The notes beneath the pieces are model-generated. The model had not been told where the DNA came from. It saw only the letters and a list, made by a program, of their open reading frames with translations, and ran no database searches. The position numbers and the translations under genes were made by a program. Below are positions 10,441 to 25,400 of a DNA stretch of 64,000 nt, one piece after another. Source of the stretch: Antedon mediterranea (lineage: Eukaryota > Animalia > Echinodermata). The stretch is from positions 27,794,871-27,858,870 of the forward strand of contig NC_092676.1 of the NCBI RefSeq assembly GCF_964355755.1, written 5' to 3'. Each line of letters starts with the position of its first letter. Positions within the stretch are counted from its first letter, which is position 1.

Positions 10441-13400
10441 GTAAGTTTAAATTTATCAAAGTTTACATTCGTTAGCGTATTTTTTATGGCCAAAACAAAT
10501 ATAAAAACATTAAAATAACGTCATTGGCCTTTCATTACTGTAGTAGCTTTGTAGTTTGTTTGGTTTGACTTGCCCAATATATCATTGCATGAATTTGTAC
10601 AGTATGAACCGCGCGTTGTTTGCTTCGTTCGATCGAGAGAGTTTAACGGATAGAAATCTAGGCCTATATAGAATCCAAAGTTTAATACATTTGTTATGCC
10701 TTAGTGCCTAATATAAAATTAAAATAACATTGGCCCTCCCATAATTTTGTATTTATGTTTGGTTTTATTTACCACTGACCAGAAATATTAGCCAATGATA
10801 TCATTAACGCCTAAAAACAATGCCAATTGAATGTTAAAAAATATTATTGTCTTGTTATTTTTATATTAATATTCAAAGAAAAGTATAGGCCTAGGCCCCT
10901 AGGCTAGGCCTATCATCAGCTGGGGCGAATAGCAGCAAGATTATTTGACATAAAATTTCTACATTGCATATTTTATTTTTGAAAAGATGACTACCTAAAT
11001 AAAAGGCTAGGCCTAGCCTAGCCTAGGCCTAATATTAATATTAATATTATAAATATTGAAGTTGTAAATTGAATTTCAGGATCCTACACAGTATAGGCCT
11101 AGGCCTAGTAGTCACTAGGCTTAGGCCTAGGCCTAGCTAGTCCTAAATAGGCCTAGGCCTAAGACTAGGTTACTAGGGCCTATAGGCTACAGTAGTATTT
11201 AAATTATGTAGCCTAGGCCTACATGTCTACCTTGGCCAATTTTCACAAACATAAACAAATAATTAATAAAACATTAACAAATCTTCATAATATTATGACG
11301 GTCTATTATATGCCTAGGCCTAGTCTAGTTTAGGACTCATTATTATTAATTATTGATGTGCATTTTATTTTAATTATTAAAAGTGTATGTATACCATTTT
11401 GTCAGCAGCAGTATGCAATATTGCAAAACAATAGACATTTACTAGCCTACTTGTTACTACATAGAATTACCGCAATAGAGTCTGTTCGACAAATTAACAT
11501 CAATTATGCTGTTATTATTACACAAACATTGTCGGCATTTGACATCATTAACGAAAACGTTAATTGTAATAAGTCAATAATGGACAGAACGAATGCACTT
11601 TAGGGATATCGTTACGTAAATACCGTATTATTCACTACATGCATACATTCAATGTTATGTTATGTACATTGGGCTTTAAAAAAATTTTTGAATTTTGATA
11701 ACCGCTGTTCGGATAATTGTCAGAATAATATTGACGACTATTCATTAATATCAATGCGTTATTGAGAAAAGAGACCTTGGGCTGCTGTAACCACGCTATT
11801 GTTAATTTTATGCCCTCCTCGAAGTATTATTATGTAAAAAGGCAATCGTAAAAATCGACATTAGCATTTTGACATTACAAAACTAACCAATAACTAATTT
11901 CAGATTCAAGTCTATTCAGTCGGAAATACTAAGTCAACAATTATCTAGATTAATGTTACTTTTTTTACATATTTAACGGATTATTTATGTACCACCTTGT
12001 TTGACGGTTGGTTGGAATGCTATACTAACAGAGATTGGAAATTTAAAATGTAGCTGTAGTTATTTATAGTAATAGTATAGGATATAGAAAAAACCCCAAC
12101 AAAAAAATTCCATGATTAGAATCAGATAATATTATCCCGTTAGATTCGGTTTCGATTTACTGTATTTATTTACAGGTATTACTTGTGCAATACTTATTAA
12201 TTTAGCAATAACAATTAATTACTAATGACCTTGAAAAAGATATTTTTTACAGGTAGTCGTAATAAACCAGAGAATGTGTGTATTCTTAAAATATATATAC
12301 AGTAGTAGAATCGGTGAATAATTTTGCCAGTGAAGCATATAGCAAAAAGCTATACAACAACCTTATTGCTACACATTTATAAAATTTATAAAATTTATAA
12401 AATTGTGTAGCAAGAAATACAATACAAAACTGTCTATCTCGACTCAAAAATCAGTTTGATTAGCAATATTGCAAAAAAAAATTTAGAATGAAATTTTTCT
12501 CTGAGAATAAATGTGTAAATAATGAACAAATTGAATAATCAGTTAATATTCGTAACATGTGTCGGCTGATAATAATCCCGTTATTGTCTTGTTAATTTTG
12601 TATAAAAGGAATTAAATGTCCATACTTCACAACAAATGGCGGTATCTTTATATTTAGGAAACATAATTCTTTAACAATCCGACGATTTTTAGCCAATTTA
12701 CCAAAATAAAGCAAATCAAAACTACACAATTTGCATAAAATTATCAAAATTGCATTAAAAAAAACCCAGTTAAACCAAAATCATAACTCAAACGTAATGG
12801 TGACATTATACGGTATTCTCTATTTGTGTTATACCTTTGCTGTCCAATTAAATTGATTAGGTCCTGGAGCTTCACTTAGTCAGCCGATCAATTTATCTGT
12901 CCACTTGTATGTTTGCTAATTACGATGTTGTTCTTCTTGTATGTGTGCTTCTGGTCGTGTACATTTAATCTGTAGCTACCATTCTTAAAGCTTCTTATTG
13001 TTATCAGAGCTATTCTATCCATAACATTCCACTGGGTTCCTTTCAACATGTGTAGGCCTATAATCGGACGAGCGTTAGGCCTGAATTAGAAGAGTGTCGC
13101 CCCTTAAAATAATAGGACATTATAACCTTCTAATTCTTACAAATCACTGCAATATTGGCCTAGAGAATAATAATGCATCATCCTAAGTTGAAATGTCTCC
13201 TCGTCGTAAGTGCGTTTTGAAGTGTTTGAAATAGGCCAAGTCAATATGTGTGCTGCTCGAAATGTTCTCACTGCTACTAATGTGAGGATTTATTATAGTA
13301 TGCATTGATGCATTGAATAATATTACGTGAATGAAGGGATGATGATGGGACAATGCTATACCTCCTATTAACCCATCTCCACAACCTTTTACCGTATTCT

Positions 13401-16400
13401 AAATTTTCCCTTTTTGGGTTTCGCCGCTCTTATTTATAATTCGTTTTATCATAAACTCTGTACATAGAAAAAAAAGAGAATTCAATGTTCTGAAATGAAA
13501 TGAAGGAAAATTTAGGCTGGGCGTGCGCCACCTGCACAATCCAAGTCAAAATTTGACAGCCAAAATGATAGAGAAAATTAAATTCAACTTGTAATACAAT
13601 TCGTTTTATAATCATTTTATTCATGTAATCTAAGACCATAATGAATATGACTCATGGAGGATAATAATTTGCACTTATAAGTGCATGGTAAATTGCTCTA
13701 TAAGTAAAAGAAATAAGCAAATTGTACCGTGTTAATCGATGTATAAGGCGCGTGAAAGTAAATGTTTTTTTAGAATAATGTAGTAAAATAAAACTAAAAA
13801 CACCTACCCCCTTCACCCCCAATGCCCTTGGTGATTCTAGGCTGGTGTACATTTATAAGCAATTGTTATTGGCTAAATAAAAACTATTGCAATAAAATGA
13901 TTGACAAAGATACACACTGATTTTAAATGTATAGTAACGTATAATTAAGCTACAGTATATACCTGTTTCCATGCAATTCCCTCTGAATGGAGATTATTAA
14001 GATTAGGTACTCGCTGTCGTTGAGGATGAAGGCCATGTTACGTCTGGGTTTGCCTTTTGTGCGCCTTTTAATAATTAATAATAGACACATGACAACATTG
14101 CATCAAAATTACTTGTTATTCTGTATTAAAAAGAAGGTTTTGAAAGAACGTATAACGCTCATTTTGTGCGAAACAGAATTATTTCCAATCAGGATTTCTC
14201 ATCGTAGGCCTATCATAATCTAAAAAGTGGTAAAGGCCCGTATTATCTGAACGTAATAAAAACGAGCTCATTCTACCCGGGGTTGTCTGTACAGACCCGG
14301 GTATATTAACAATGCAAAATAAGATTGTAAGCAGGAGGAGCATAACATTATAGGCCTAAGAGTTTAATCGCAAAAAATAACTATTATGTTACGTTGCGTA
14401 TATCCAAGACATTGTTATTTGATGTTACAAAACCAACTACGCATACATTGGTTAAAAACCAATTGTGGAAATCTTTCTGTGATACATTGAATTTGACATT
14501 TGTTCGATTTAAAAAATCTAAAATGGCGTTTATAGGTTTCGTATTATTCCTTCCAGCTAGATTTTCGTGAATTGGTTAAGAATTTCTCCAATTGCCTCGC
14601 CGTTTAATCAGTTGTTTATTAATGTAACTTTATACTTAAGTATCAATGCTTACAGAATATATATATATGTAGGAATACCATTATATATTTGTACTGCCTT
14701 AATGATCGAAAATTGTTTTTAAAAAAGAATTTCTCCATTGCCTCGCCGTATAATCAGTCGTTTATAAATTTTACTTTACACTCAAGTATCAATGCGTAGA
14801 TAATGTACGTAGGCATATAATTATATATTTTGTATTGCCTTAATGATCCGCGATATTTTTTTCAATAAATGGTAATTATAATAATTTATTGTAATCATAA
14901 AAACAGTATGGCAAATACATCGCCACGAATGTAAATGTTTGCATTTTTGCGAGGGCTTTGAAAACAGCTTTCTTAAATCGTTGGAATTATTACGGTCGAT
15001 ATTTGTCTCGTGCAACAAGATGAAACATACAAGATTTACTATCAAAGTTTCACTTAAGTAGATTCGGGTTTACAGTCTGCACTTTGGATATTGATCCTAT
15101 AGCCTCCATAAATATTATGAATCTATCACTCTCCACACACATCGCTGATCGCGATTAGACTGAATGCGGCCATTTTGCTGCGATCCTCCTGTATTAATAA
15201 TCAAATATTTCTATAATAATGCAACAAAAAGTAGCAAGTCAAGCGCCAATAAAAATGAGCCGATTATTTCTTTGACGCGGCACAATCAATTTATCTGGAT
15301 TGTGGCTCTTATGTCCATTGCATTGCGAGTTATGTTCTTGACCTGCGAGCTTATGTTGATGCTAGAAACTATAACGGTATCATATCAGCGGTACTGCCCC
15401 GTGGAATCTCTTCACTTACTGTGTCATTTTGTAGTAATTAAAGTTAATTGAGCGACCGAGCGTATCCCATTGCGACGCTATCGATCTAAGACTACGTACT
15501 CGCGAGAGGTATCAAAACATAAACCAGAAACAGTAAAAACAAAAGAAGATATAAATATTGCTTTTGTCAGGTTGATGACGCGTTTTATATCAACGATTTT
15601 ACTCCCGAGAAACGCGTGTGCACTATAATACGTATGATACGTACTCCAGTTCCCGTAGTTCTCAATGTTGAAGATGACATATTGTAGTCGTCACTGGACA
15701 GCGCCGCACGACGAGGCCTGACTCGTCGTCTTGACTCGTCGGTGCTGTCTGAGTTGCAGGGCGACGAGAAGCGTTAGGCGTAGTTTTTAAATCGTCGGGA
15801 CGAGGCAACTCGTCGGGCCTCGTCTACAACGCTATCTGAATTGGCCTTTATGAACAGTGCGCAGATATTATCTATAACCTATACCTGGAAGTAGAGTTTG
15901 TTTGTTATCAAGATTGAAACTGAACGAACCACAGTATGTGGTATTATTATAAGATAACTGAATCGGCATGTTTAGTTCAACCATGGTAACTCGATTAATA
16001 GAGAATCATTAATAATGATACCTACTGGTACATGTTGATGACCTATGCACAATAAATATCAGTAACAATTTTCCCGGAAATATTAAAATGGGAATTACTC
16101 AATTTGAACTCTCATAAATATTTATTAATATTATTAATAATGTGGTAATACAATATCTAATACATTTATTTTTAAATTGCTAATTATTGACATCTTGCCT
16201 CGATTAGGGGGATCGAGGCAAGAATGGACTCTACCACAATACAATATTTTTAAAATCCCTGTCACGTATGTGATATTTGTGCCCTAATGATATTGTTAAC
16301 GACAGGTCATTTTGTTGTATGAAAATGAGTGGGATTCGAACCCGAGACCTCACATTTACAAGGCAAGTCTACCTATAATACCTGACTGTACAAAGACTGT

Positions 16401-19400
16401 GCAGTATAGCATTCGATGTGTTCATTATGATTGTAATAATTGTAAGCCATAATTTACATGTGAAACATGATGTGGCTGAAGGTTGGTTAAGGGCCTTGAT
16501 TTATTGGACACGTGATAACCAGTCTTATTCAACATTATAGTGAAGGCTTCAAATTACGCATTACGTTATATTTAATGTAATGATAAACCGAATAATTTGA
16601 CTAGGTACTCAAATGTCACTAATTAACAATTAGGCAAGCATCTATTTGAAATTCCGTGTATACAATGAAAGGTAATCGCAATAGCAAATTGAATACGTGT
16701 TTTGGCATGTTAAAGTTAATGTTATATTTTATAGATATACTGTATTCAGTGGATATTGATCGGGCCTTTGAGTAGGCCTAGTGGTTTCAAACGCCAGCGG
16801 TCAAGTAAAATCATAATCAATAACCGTCTTTTATCAAAAATCATGAATGGGTTTTATAATCCTGTGTTCTCCATTTCATTAATATGAAATCTTATATAGT
16901 ATACGGAAAAATGCTACAATTCCTGTGCCACGCCTAAAGAAACTATCATAGATTTAGAAACGAAATTATATTCATATATTAATATGCTTCCATTTGCATG
17001 CACTACACATGGTTTACAATAAGTTAATAATAATAATATTATTACCAGGATGTTGGAAATGGAGGCGATTATTGCTGGATCTTAAGAATTGTGTCGCTCA
17101 AGTGACCCTCCAATCATCTATGGGGCTGGTCCATGGTTCATCTCACTACTCGTGTCACTTGCGTGGCCCTCCAACCCTTTATGGGTATAGTTCCACTGTT
17201 TATCTCATAACTCCTGTCACTCGCGTGGCCCTCCAACCCATTATGGGACTGGTCTATGGTTTATCTCATGACTCGTGTCACTTCCGTGTCACTCCAATCC
17301 TTTATGGGGCTGGTCCATGGTTGATCTCACGACTCGTGGCACTCCAATCCTTTATGGGGCTGGTCCATGGTTTATCTCACGACTCGTGTCACTCGCGTGG
17401 CCCTCCAACCCGTTAGGGGACTGGTCCATGGTTTATCTCATGTTTCGTGTCACTCGCGTGGCCCTCCAACCAATTAGGGGACTGGTCCATAGTTTATCTC
17501 ACGACTCGTGTCACTCGCGTGGCACTCCAATCCTTTATGGGCCTGGTTTATGGTTTATCACACGACTCGTGTCACTCGCGTGGCCCTGCAACCCCTTTAT
17601 GGGTATAGCGCCATGGTTTATTTCACGACTCGTGTCACTCGCGTGGCCCTCCAACCCTTCAAGAATGACTGGCACGCGTATTTATTTATAGTTTCACTCA
17701 CGTACAATCTAATACCCAATTTGACCCCAACATGTCAGAAGGTGAGATGGTTAATGTTTGTAGTGTAACCTTTAAGTCGTGTAATAGAGTGCAATGCGAT
17801 GACATAAGTTGCATAACAAATGGTATTATAGCACGCGACGAGCCTCCCGAAGGCAATTTAGTATTATACTGTTAAGTACCATCTATAACAGCCCAACAAA
17901 TGTTCTTCGATTTTGTATACGTTGTCCCCACATCTAAATTAAATGAATTAAATATTAAAGCAATAATTAAACATTTTGTTGATCCCAAAAATAAATAAAT
18001 ACGTAGTATACTATAGTATACTGTACACTGTGAAAACATTGTGGAGCTTTTAAACACATAGCGTATTTAAAACCTAAACGTGTTTATAGCTACATATGTT
18101 GTTTTCCTCGACTCATTTAGCAGTCAGCATGTCACTGTTTTGTTCAATTTCTCCACATGTTTAGCTAGCAAGAGTATTTAGCGTACATGATTCCCCACAC
18201 ATAGCGTTGAAGGGCCACTTGGGTTTCCTAAACCAAGGGCCCAGGCCTCTGCGTTACGTCACTGAATATGACGTTGCTCACTATTACCAAGGTATGTCCT
18301 AACGACAGACACATGGTTGGGTTTAATGCGCTGATTGTACACCATAAAGACTTCAACAAGTAATTGACATGTAATATGTAAGCAATGTTACTGGTGACGT
18401 CATCACGATGATGCGAAAACGATGCGGTTTCACCAAGATATTCTGTTTTGTTTTGTCATAAAATAAAAGTCAATTTAATAATTTAAGCCGGGTTCAATGC
18501 GTCTGCGCCGCTAACACAACATTTGTACATGTAACTTCAGGGAATAATTTCGCCAGAGTATAGCATAGCAAAAAGCTATATACAAATGTCAACATTATTG
18601 CTACACATTTTTAAAATTGTGTAGCAAAAAATACAATACAAAACTATGTTTCTCGACTCAAAAATCAGTTTGATTAGCAATATTGCTAAACAAAATTTAA
18701 AATTAATTTTTTTCTCTAAACTTAATTTTTGAATGTCTTTCATTTCAAATTCTGAGAATCATGGTTTACTGCATGCACTGTATTTTCTAAATTTCAGAAT
18801 AAAAAAATTATCGTATATTACTAATGCAATAATGGCCGCCCATACTCGCTCGCATAACGAGATAAAGTGCGCTGCGTGCTGTATAGCGAGTTGTTAATCT
18901 TTTATCGATTTGTAACATTCTATGGTAACGAGAATTTGATGTAAAATATTGTCATCGTCATATATTGGCCTTGTTCATATTTACTTTCAGCTAAGGTTTT
19001 TTGAAAGCAGTTACCACGAATCATGTGTGGGCAGTTTGCGGAGGCTGCGTACACAGTTTTATTGAATCAAAATTGTCTATAAACCATAATAAGATTAATA
19101 TAAAGTATGTAATAATGAAGTATATAAATGCTACATTATGCACAATAATGTGAGCCGCGATCAGGACCGACCGACAATGGAAAACCGACAGAATTATCCC
19201 TCAAATTGCCTTATAATTGCGATCAATTTTCTTTGACCCGAAACGCTATACTGTGGCTAACTCGTTCTTAATGTGATTTTAATTAGAAACCAAGAATATT
19301 GCTGTGTATTTATATTTTAACATAATGATCAATCTGTTGTGTTCTAAAGTGTATTCTAAATTATTTGTTTACAAACTACAACATTTTAAGTTTATTCTTC

Positions 19401-22400
19401 CTTTCCATCTTGGACGCAACGCACCGACGTTGACGCAACGCAAATAATTTGACCAATCACAAGCGACAGTTTGTATGATCGGTCGGGTGTTGATTGGTCA
19501 AATTACCTTAAGCTTTGTTACCACTGGAACGCAACGCAAGGACGTAGACGCAACGCAAGCGATTCGACCAATCACAAGGGACTGTTTAAATGATCCATAG
19601 TTGTGTTACGTCCATGCGTTGCGTTCTAGTGGGAACCAAGCTTAATGTGTATTAACCTTTGTTGACGATTTAAAGTTGATTCAGTGTGAATGGACATAAA
19701 AACTAATAACATTCAGAGCACCCGATCGTAAAAGTCGTATCTGTCGTAATATAATGCTAAGCTTTATTCCTCCTCTGTAATAAGTTTTCGTGGAAAATTC
19801 TGGTCATACACACATTCAATCCATTTAGCTGAATATTGGCACCAAACGCGTTATGTTGACATACATAGGTGAATGGAACTTGTGCGCGTTTTTGTTGCTA
19901 GATAATTCAATATAAAATATTTACTATTAGGAATTTGTGTCCGTCCGCATCCTCGCTGCGTTGAATGACTGTGTTCTCCCATCTCCATCATCTGATACGA
20001 CGACCCATCTATGGTTTTATCATCATGCTTGTTCTAATTGCAAGCCTGCTGTGTAAATATTATTCTGAACTGGAGCTGTTTCTGCTAAGAAACGACGACG
20101 CACGTCATTTAAAATATGAATCTGAAAAGAATAGGTGACCTGCTGTCAGATGAATTGTATTAACAGAAAACAACCTATTATGTTGGATTTTAGTTTAATT
20201 AAAGTCATTACTAATATTCAAATATATTTTGTCAAACTAGTTTGATAGTGTAGACAGAGCTTAAGGTTTTGAGTTGGTAGTCCCATGCAGCGTGACGTCA
20301 CTTTCATGATCATGTGAACGCAATGCCTGCGATCGAATTAATGTCCAAATCATCATCGTTCAGTTTCAGATGAGTTACGTGTTTTTAATAACATTAATTT
20401 GGTTCATCGATCAGCAGAACGCCGTCCTATTTAATAAACCATCTCAACTTATTTTTGACCATACTAAATCTGTGAACTCTAGAGGTACAGACCTACAATT
20501 TGTGATCTAATCATCGATTCGATCCCAGTAACAGTTCGTTGAATATAATACGTTACGTGAATGCTGTATAAATGCGACACATGTATTATTATTACGACTG
20601 CAAGTAGGTTTTAATTGAATGTGTTGGTTTACCGATACGTCATTCAGTTCTGTTGAAGAATTTATGGTTTTCTTAACAAATTATTAGTACGCAAATTATG
20701 GGTGTAACTACTGTATCTGATAACCGTTAATGGTTATAACCCTAAGGACCAATTCACATTGTCAAAATAATCTGATAATATTTCACTTTATGAGTTGTTA
20801 ATGATCTCGCGGATCGCTCATTCATTACACTTAGAGTGAGTAAGTGTCGTATTCAGTCAGTCAAGTTTCTATTTAAACGAGGTCGGTTTATCAAAATGGC
20901 TACTTGTATGTCGTGTGCTCAACTATAAAACAACCGTTTTAGTTGTTCTGGGTGGGTAAATAACACCTAGGCCTTTTATGTTAGGCTCTGTCTACACTAT
21001 CAAACTAGTTTGTCAAAACAAGTGTGATGTACCCAAATATGGTAGTGATATAATATCATCCATCGTGTCCATATATATGGGCACATCACATTTTTTTTGT
21101 CACATAAAGTTTGGTAGTGTAGACCAGGCTTTACGAGGATAGATGTAAGAGAAATTCCGCAATTTTATTAAATATATATTTTAATTTATTTGTTCGCCCA
21201 AGGACTGCGTCTTTGTTAATATAATATTTGACAAATACAATAATAATTGTCATTACACGATTATCCAATTAGCTCCCTCTAATTACGATCCTATTAATTG
21301 ATTAAAAACTTCCAATTATTGAGACCATTGACCAAGAGAAACCAAAGAGATAAAATGGAAAAAAACGACACAATCCTGGTACCACTAAGTGGTCGTTAAT
21401 ATATGATAATATGAGAGGTACCATTTTGTTAGGCATTTGGAAAGTCGGGCCTTGTCTACACTATCAAATTTTATGTGACAAAAAAAAGTGATGTGCTCAT
21501 TATGGACATGATGATGTCATATCACACCATATTTGGGCATATCACTGCCATATTTGGGCATATCTCACTTTTTTGGTTCAAACTAGTTTTATAGTGTGGA
21601 CAGAGCTTAAGACTTCTTATTCACAATGTCTGCAATATTAATTTCGTTTCCACTATTAAATGTTGTCTTTTTGTTACTTGTGCTCTCACCTGCTGCAGCA
21701 GTTGTCTCGTGTTAGTGGAGATAATAGTTTCCGATGACAACAACAAACGGTTCCTCGCAGAAATAATTTCGAATTATCATACGCACATCGAATTAAATTG
21801 AAATTGTATTAGGCAGTTGGACTATATTTGGAACTCATCAAATTGGATCTAGTTTCAGTGAGTCGTTCCCCATAGATATGCTTTTATATACGGAGCTATT
21901 TCGTTATCGACTCCCCTGTGACCAACCCTTAATTTCTTGGCTTGGTAAAATCGATATTATTTTGGTTGAATGTTCGAATGCAATGTTCGAGTTATAGCCA
22001 ACCAATCTTAAACAGTGGAAGGATCATACAGTAGTGGTGGTGAAGTTTTGACAATACCTAGGCCTACTTTCTTCTTCAGAATATCTCTGCAATATTTTCG
22101 TGTAAAACAAATTCCACTTTACAGTATTTGAATAATATGTTGTATGGTCACGTGGCTATGAATACAACAATTATCTTAAGAAGCGTCAAGAGTAAGTCAC
22201 GCTTCATTTAGCTGCTCGGAATGATTCAGTGATCGACAAGGCCGGCAAATGGTATACTACTTAGAAGATTGAATTGCCTATACACACTGGCAATTGCAAC
22301 CTCATAATCGCATTCTAATGACAACTGAGAAAAACAAGAGTTTTAAAAGACCGTAAATTATCTAAATACACGGCCGCTGTTAATTCCACAAGAGGTGGCT

Positions 22401-25400
22401 ATTAAACGTCTAAACGTATAGATACTGTATTGGTATTTCTAAATACTGATTGTGTTCCAACTAATATATGTGTCCAACTTCTGCGCATATCGTTTGTGCG
22501 CTATCTGTTCTCAATGTGCACGCATTGATTCGCCATAATCATGTTTAGTAACCACAAGTTTGCAGCGCGGCACTTATTCTTGCTTGCGAACAGATACGGA
22601 TTTCGTCTGTTTCAGCCTAAATATTCTAATAAACCTTCATGGGTTAACTGTACCGTATTGGTTAAAATTAGTTGACTTGTGAGTGTTTTTAACGATTCGA
22701 ACCAAATTCTTCAACACTTAATTTCTTTAAAGTTTTAATTTACAAAGTTATATCAATTTGTTCATTATGTTTTAGTAAGTAGGCTATTCCTGCCTTATGT
22801 AACCATTGTACAATAAAAATGAAGAAATTATTTTTTTTTATAGCATCGAACAATATAGTTCTATATTATAAATTGGTTGACATGGTTGAAAAACTCATTC
22901 TCAAGCCTAAATGCGATCTCGTATGTTTTGTTTTCACCTGAGGTGTATCAACAGAAAATTGCATTTTCTTAACATTTCGCCCACGCCATTTTCAGAACCG
23001 ATCATCATCAATACAGCATTTTTGTTCCCTTTAACCGTTAGCCTATTGTCTATTTGTCAGTACAGTAGTACTTCAATATAGCCTATAGAGACGTTGAATA
23101 ATCAAGGCAGTCGTTTCTCGTATTTTATTATAAGAAAGTAATTAGTTTACCGTGAGTAGCATGACAACCACGAAGGGACACTGTTAAACACTGTTACAAT
23201 AGTAACACTAATTTAAACGTATTTATTTGAAACATTATTTACACTTTACACTATACATACAGTACAGTATGCTATTTTATAAACTCCCCGTGTGGTTAGT
23301 GTCGTCATTATATTCTATTTAAGAATATATGGCGATTATGGCGGCAAACGCGCACCATATCGGTTAACGGATCGGAAGGCACAACGTAACAATGCGTGCG
23401 CGTTATTGTTTATACTACAAACAAGCGCATAGGTTAATGATTATGATTTTACGTAACAATTCAGATGAATAACATTATTAACGTCAGAAAGTTTGATTTG
23501 TTATACGTGGTTAAATAAACGTAAGCTTAATTATTATTAATATAATTATGTCCTGGTATTAAATAAAGTAATGTTCTGTTCTCCGTTGTATTGCTTAGAT
23601 GAAGAGTCCCCATTTATCATGTCTTAAAGCGCTGTCTACACTATCCTATCAAACTTTATGTGACAAAAAAGTGTGATGTACCCAAATAGGGTAGTAATAT
23701 GCATAAATACGGTCCATATATGGGCACATCACTTTTTTTTTGTCACATAAAGTTTGATAGTGTAGATAGAGCTTTAGTTTTGACTTCACGCAAAATATTG
23801 ATGCATCCGCATTGCAATTTCTCTTTAATAGCAGACTTTGATCTGTGCAATATCCAGTTCTCATTAACTGCAAATGATGCTTACTTTGTATTTATTGTTA
23901 TAAATTATGCTACCAAAAATGGCGCATTTAAGATATTTTTAAATATAGAGGAATATGGGCCAATGCTTTAAAATAGTATTAAATTTAAATGCTATATACT
24001 TAAAATGTGTTTGCATTGTAATACCAGACATAGTGGGCCCCTGGTCTTGCCTGGGTAAATAGAACGCATCGCAAATTATCTCAACTCGATATAATAACTG
24101 TTGTTATTAATTTGTTTATGCATATTTAATTGTTACATCGTTGAGAAATCGTTAATTTATTTTCTTTGCATTTGAAGAGTGGGTTGTAATTAATAACAAT
24201 AAAATATGATGTCACCTGTGACGTGCGAAACAAGATACATTCATTTTTTTATTTATTTAGCACTAGGACGATAACGATCGACGATAAATAGATAAACATA
24301 CATTTTTCTTACATAAAACAAATAAATTGGAAGTTTTCGTTTTAAACTACCGGTATATAGGATTATAATCATTTATGCTGTCTTTAATAAAAAATAATAT
24401 ATATTTTTTTTAATTCGATCATGATCAATAAAAATAATAAAATCGTTGTATTGTCACGATATTTTTGCTCTTACTAATCATGACGTCATTTGATTGGACG
24501 TGTGAAAATATCATCAGGAAGCATGGTTATCCTATAGTTCTAGGATGAACACTTTTAGATTGTTTTATGTATGAAAAATGTATGTTTATCTATTTATCGT
24601 GAATTGTTATCGTCCTAGTGTAAATGGGCCTTTAAGACGTTTCGAAAAGAAAACATACATGAATACTTATTATGGTTATATTTTGTCATGATTTTCCATC
24701 AAAATATTCCAGCGTTCCATGTAATTGTTGCGAATAGGTTGAATTACGTAATGTTGCATTTATTTGCTTTGGCTTTTTACATTATTTACCGAGTTGTCGG
24801 CCTTGGTCATCAGAAGGACATCTCTTGGTTTTTTTTTGTCCGAATCTAAGCAAACACTTTTATTATGTCAGTCAAACAATATAAGAACATGGACAAATGT
24901 TGCCATATTTATTTTAGTCATTTGTATTTATTTCCATTCCAGCTTAACCCGTATTTTCAGTGGCGGTCCTCATGACAAAATACATACTGTAATTACAACT
25001 ATATCTAAATTAAACATACTATATATTAACATAAAATACAAAAATTATTCCGCTTGTTCAGTAAGAATTGCTATTACATTATTTAATTTAATTGTACGTT
25101 TGATTTGTGCTTTTTTTTTATCACCCGACTCTAACAACCATAGGTATAACTCCATCCATTCTTCAACCCCGTATAAGCTTTGCTTTATTTCTCACCTTCC
25201 CAAATGATCATATCTGAAGATTAGCCCTATTGCGTGTTAATTGAAATGATTCATTACGGCTCGACAGAGAATTCAAACGCGTTAGCAAGCTTAATTCCAC
25301 TAGGATTGTTGTCCCCCTTATTTTAATCATTTTTACTGTTAATTTTTAATTTCTATGAAAGACAATAAGAGAAATAAATGTTACTTTGATTGATTGATGA

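Noticed and set aside
16178-16201. AGGCAAGATGT match to the miR-31 5' end (minus strand)
   Set aside because: Match stops after 11 nt and the hairpin geometry is not a pre-miRNA
17085-17660. CRISPR-like array
   Set aside because: Contiguous tandem units with no unique spacers; eukaryotic context; no cas genes
16994-17768. Three overlapping 86-140 aa ORFs
   Set aside because: By-products of the 61-bp tandem repeat; no domain or splice context
23649-23971. Recurrent similar short ORFs (LCLHYQTLCDKK.., HITFFCHIKFDSVDRAL)
   Set aside because: Translations of MITE family A copies, not a gene family
24764-25207. 147-aa plus-strand ORF
   Set aside because: Non-ATG start, composition typical of AT-rich chance ORFs, no motif
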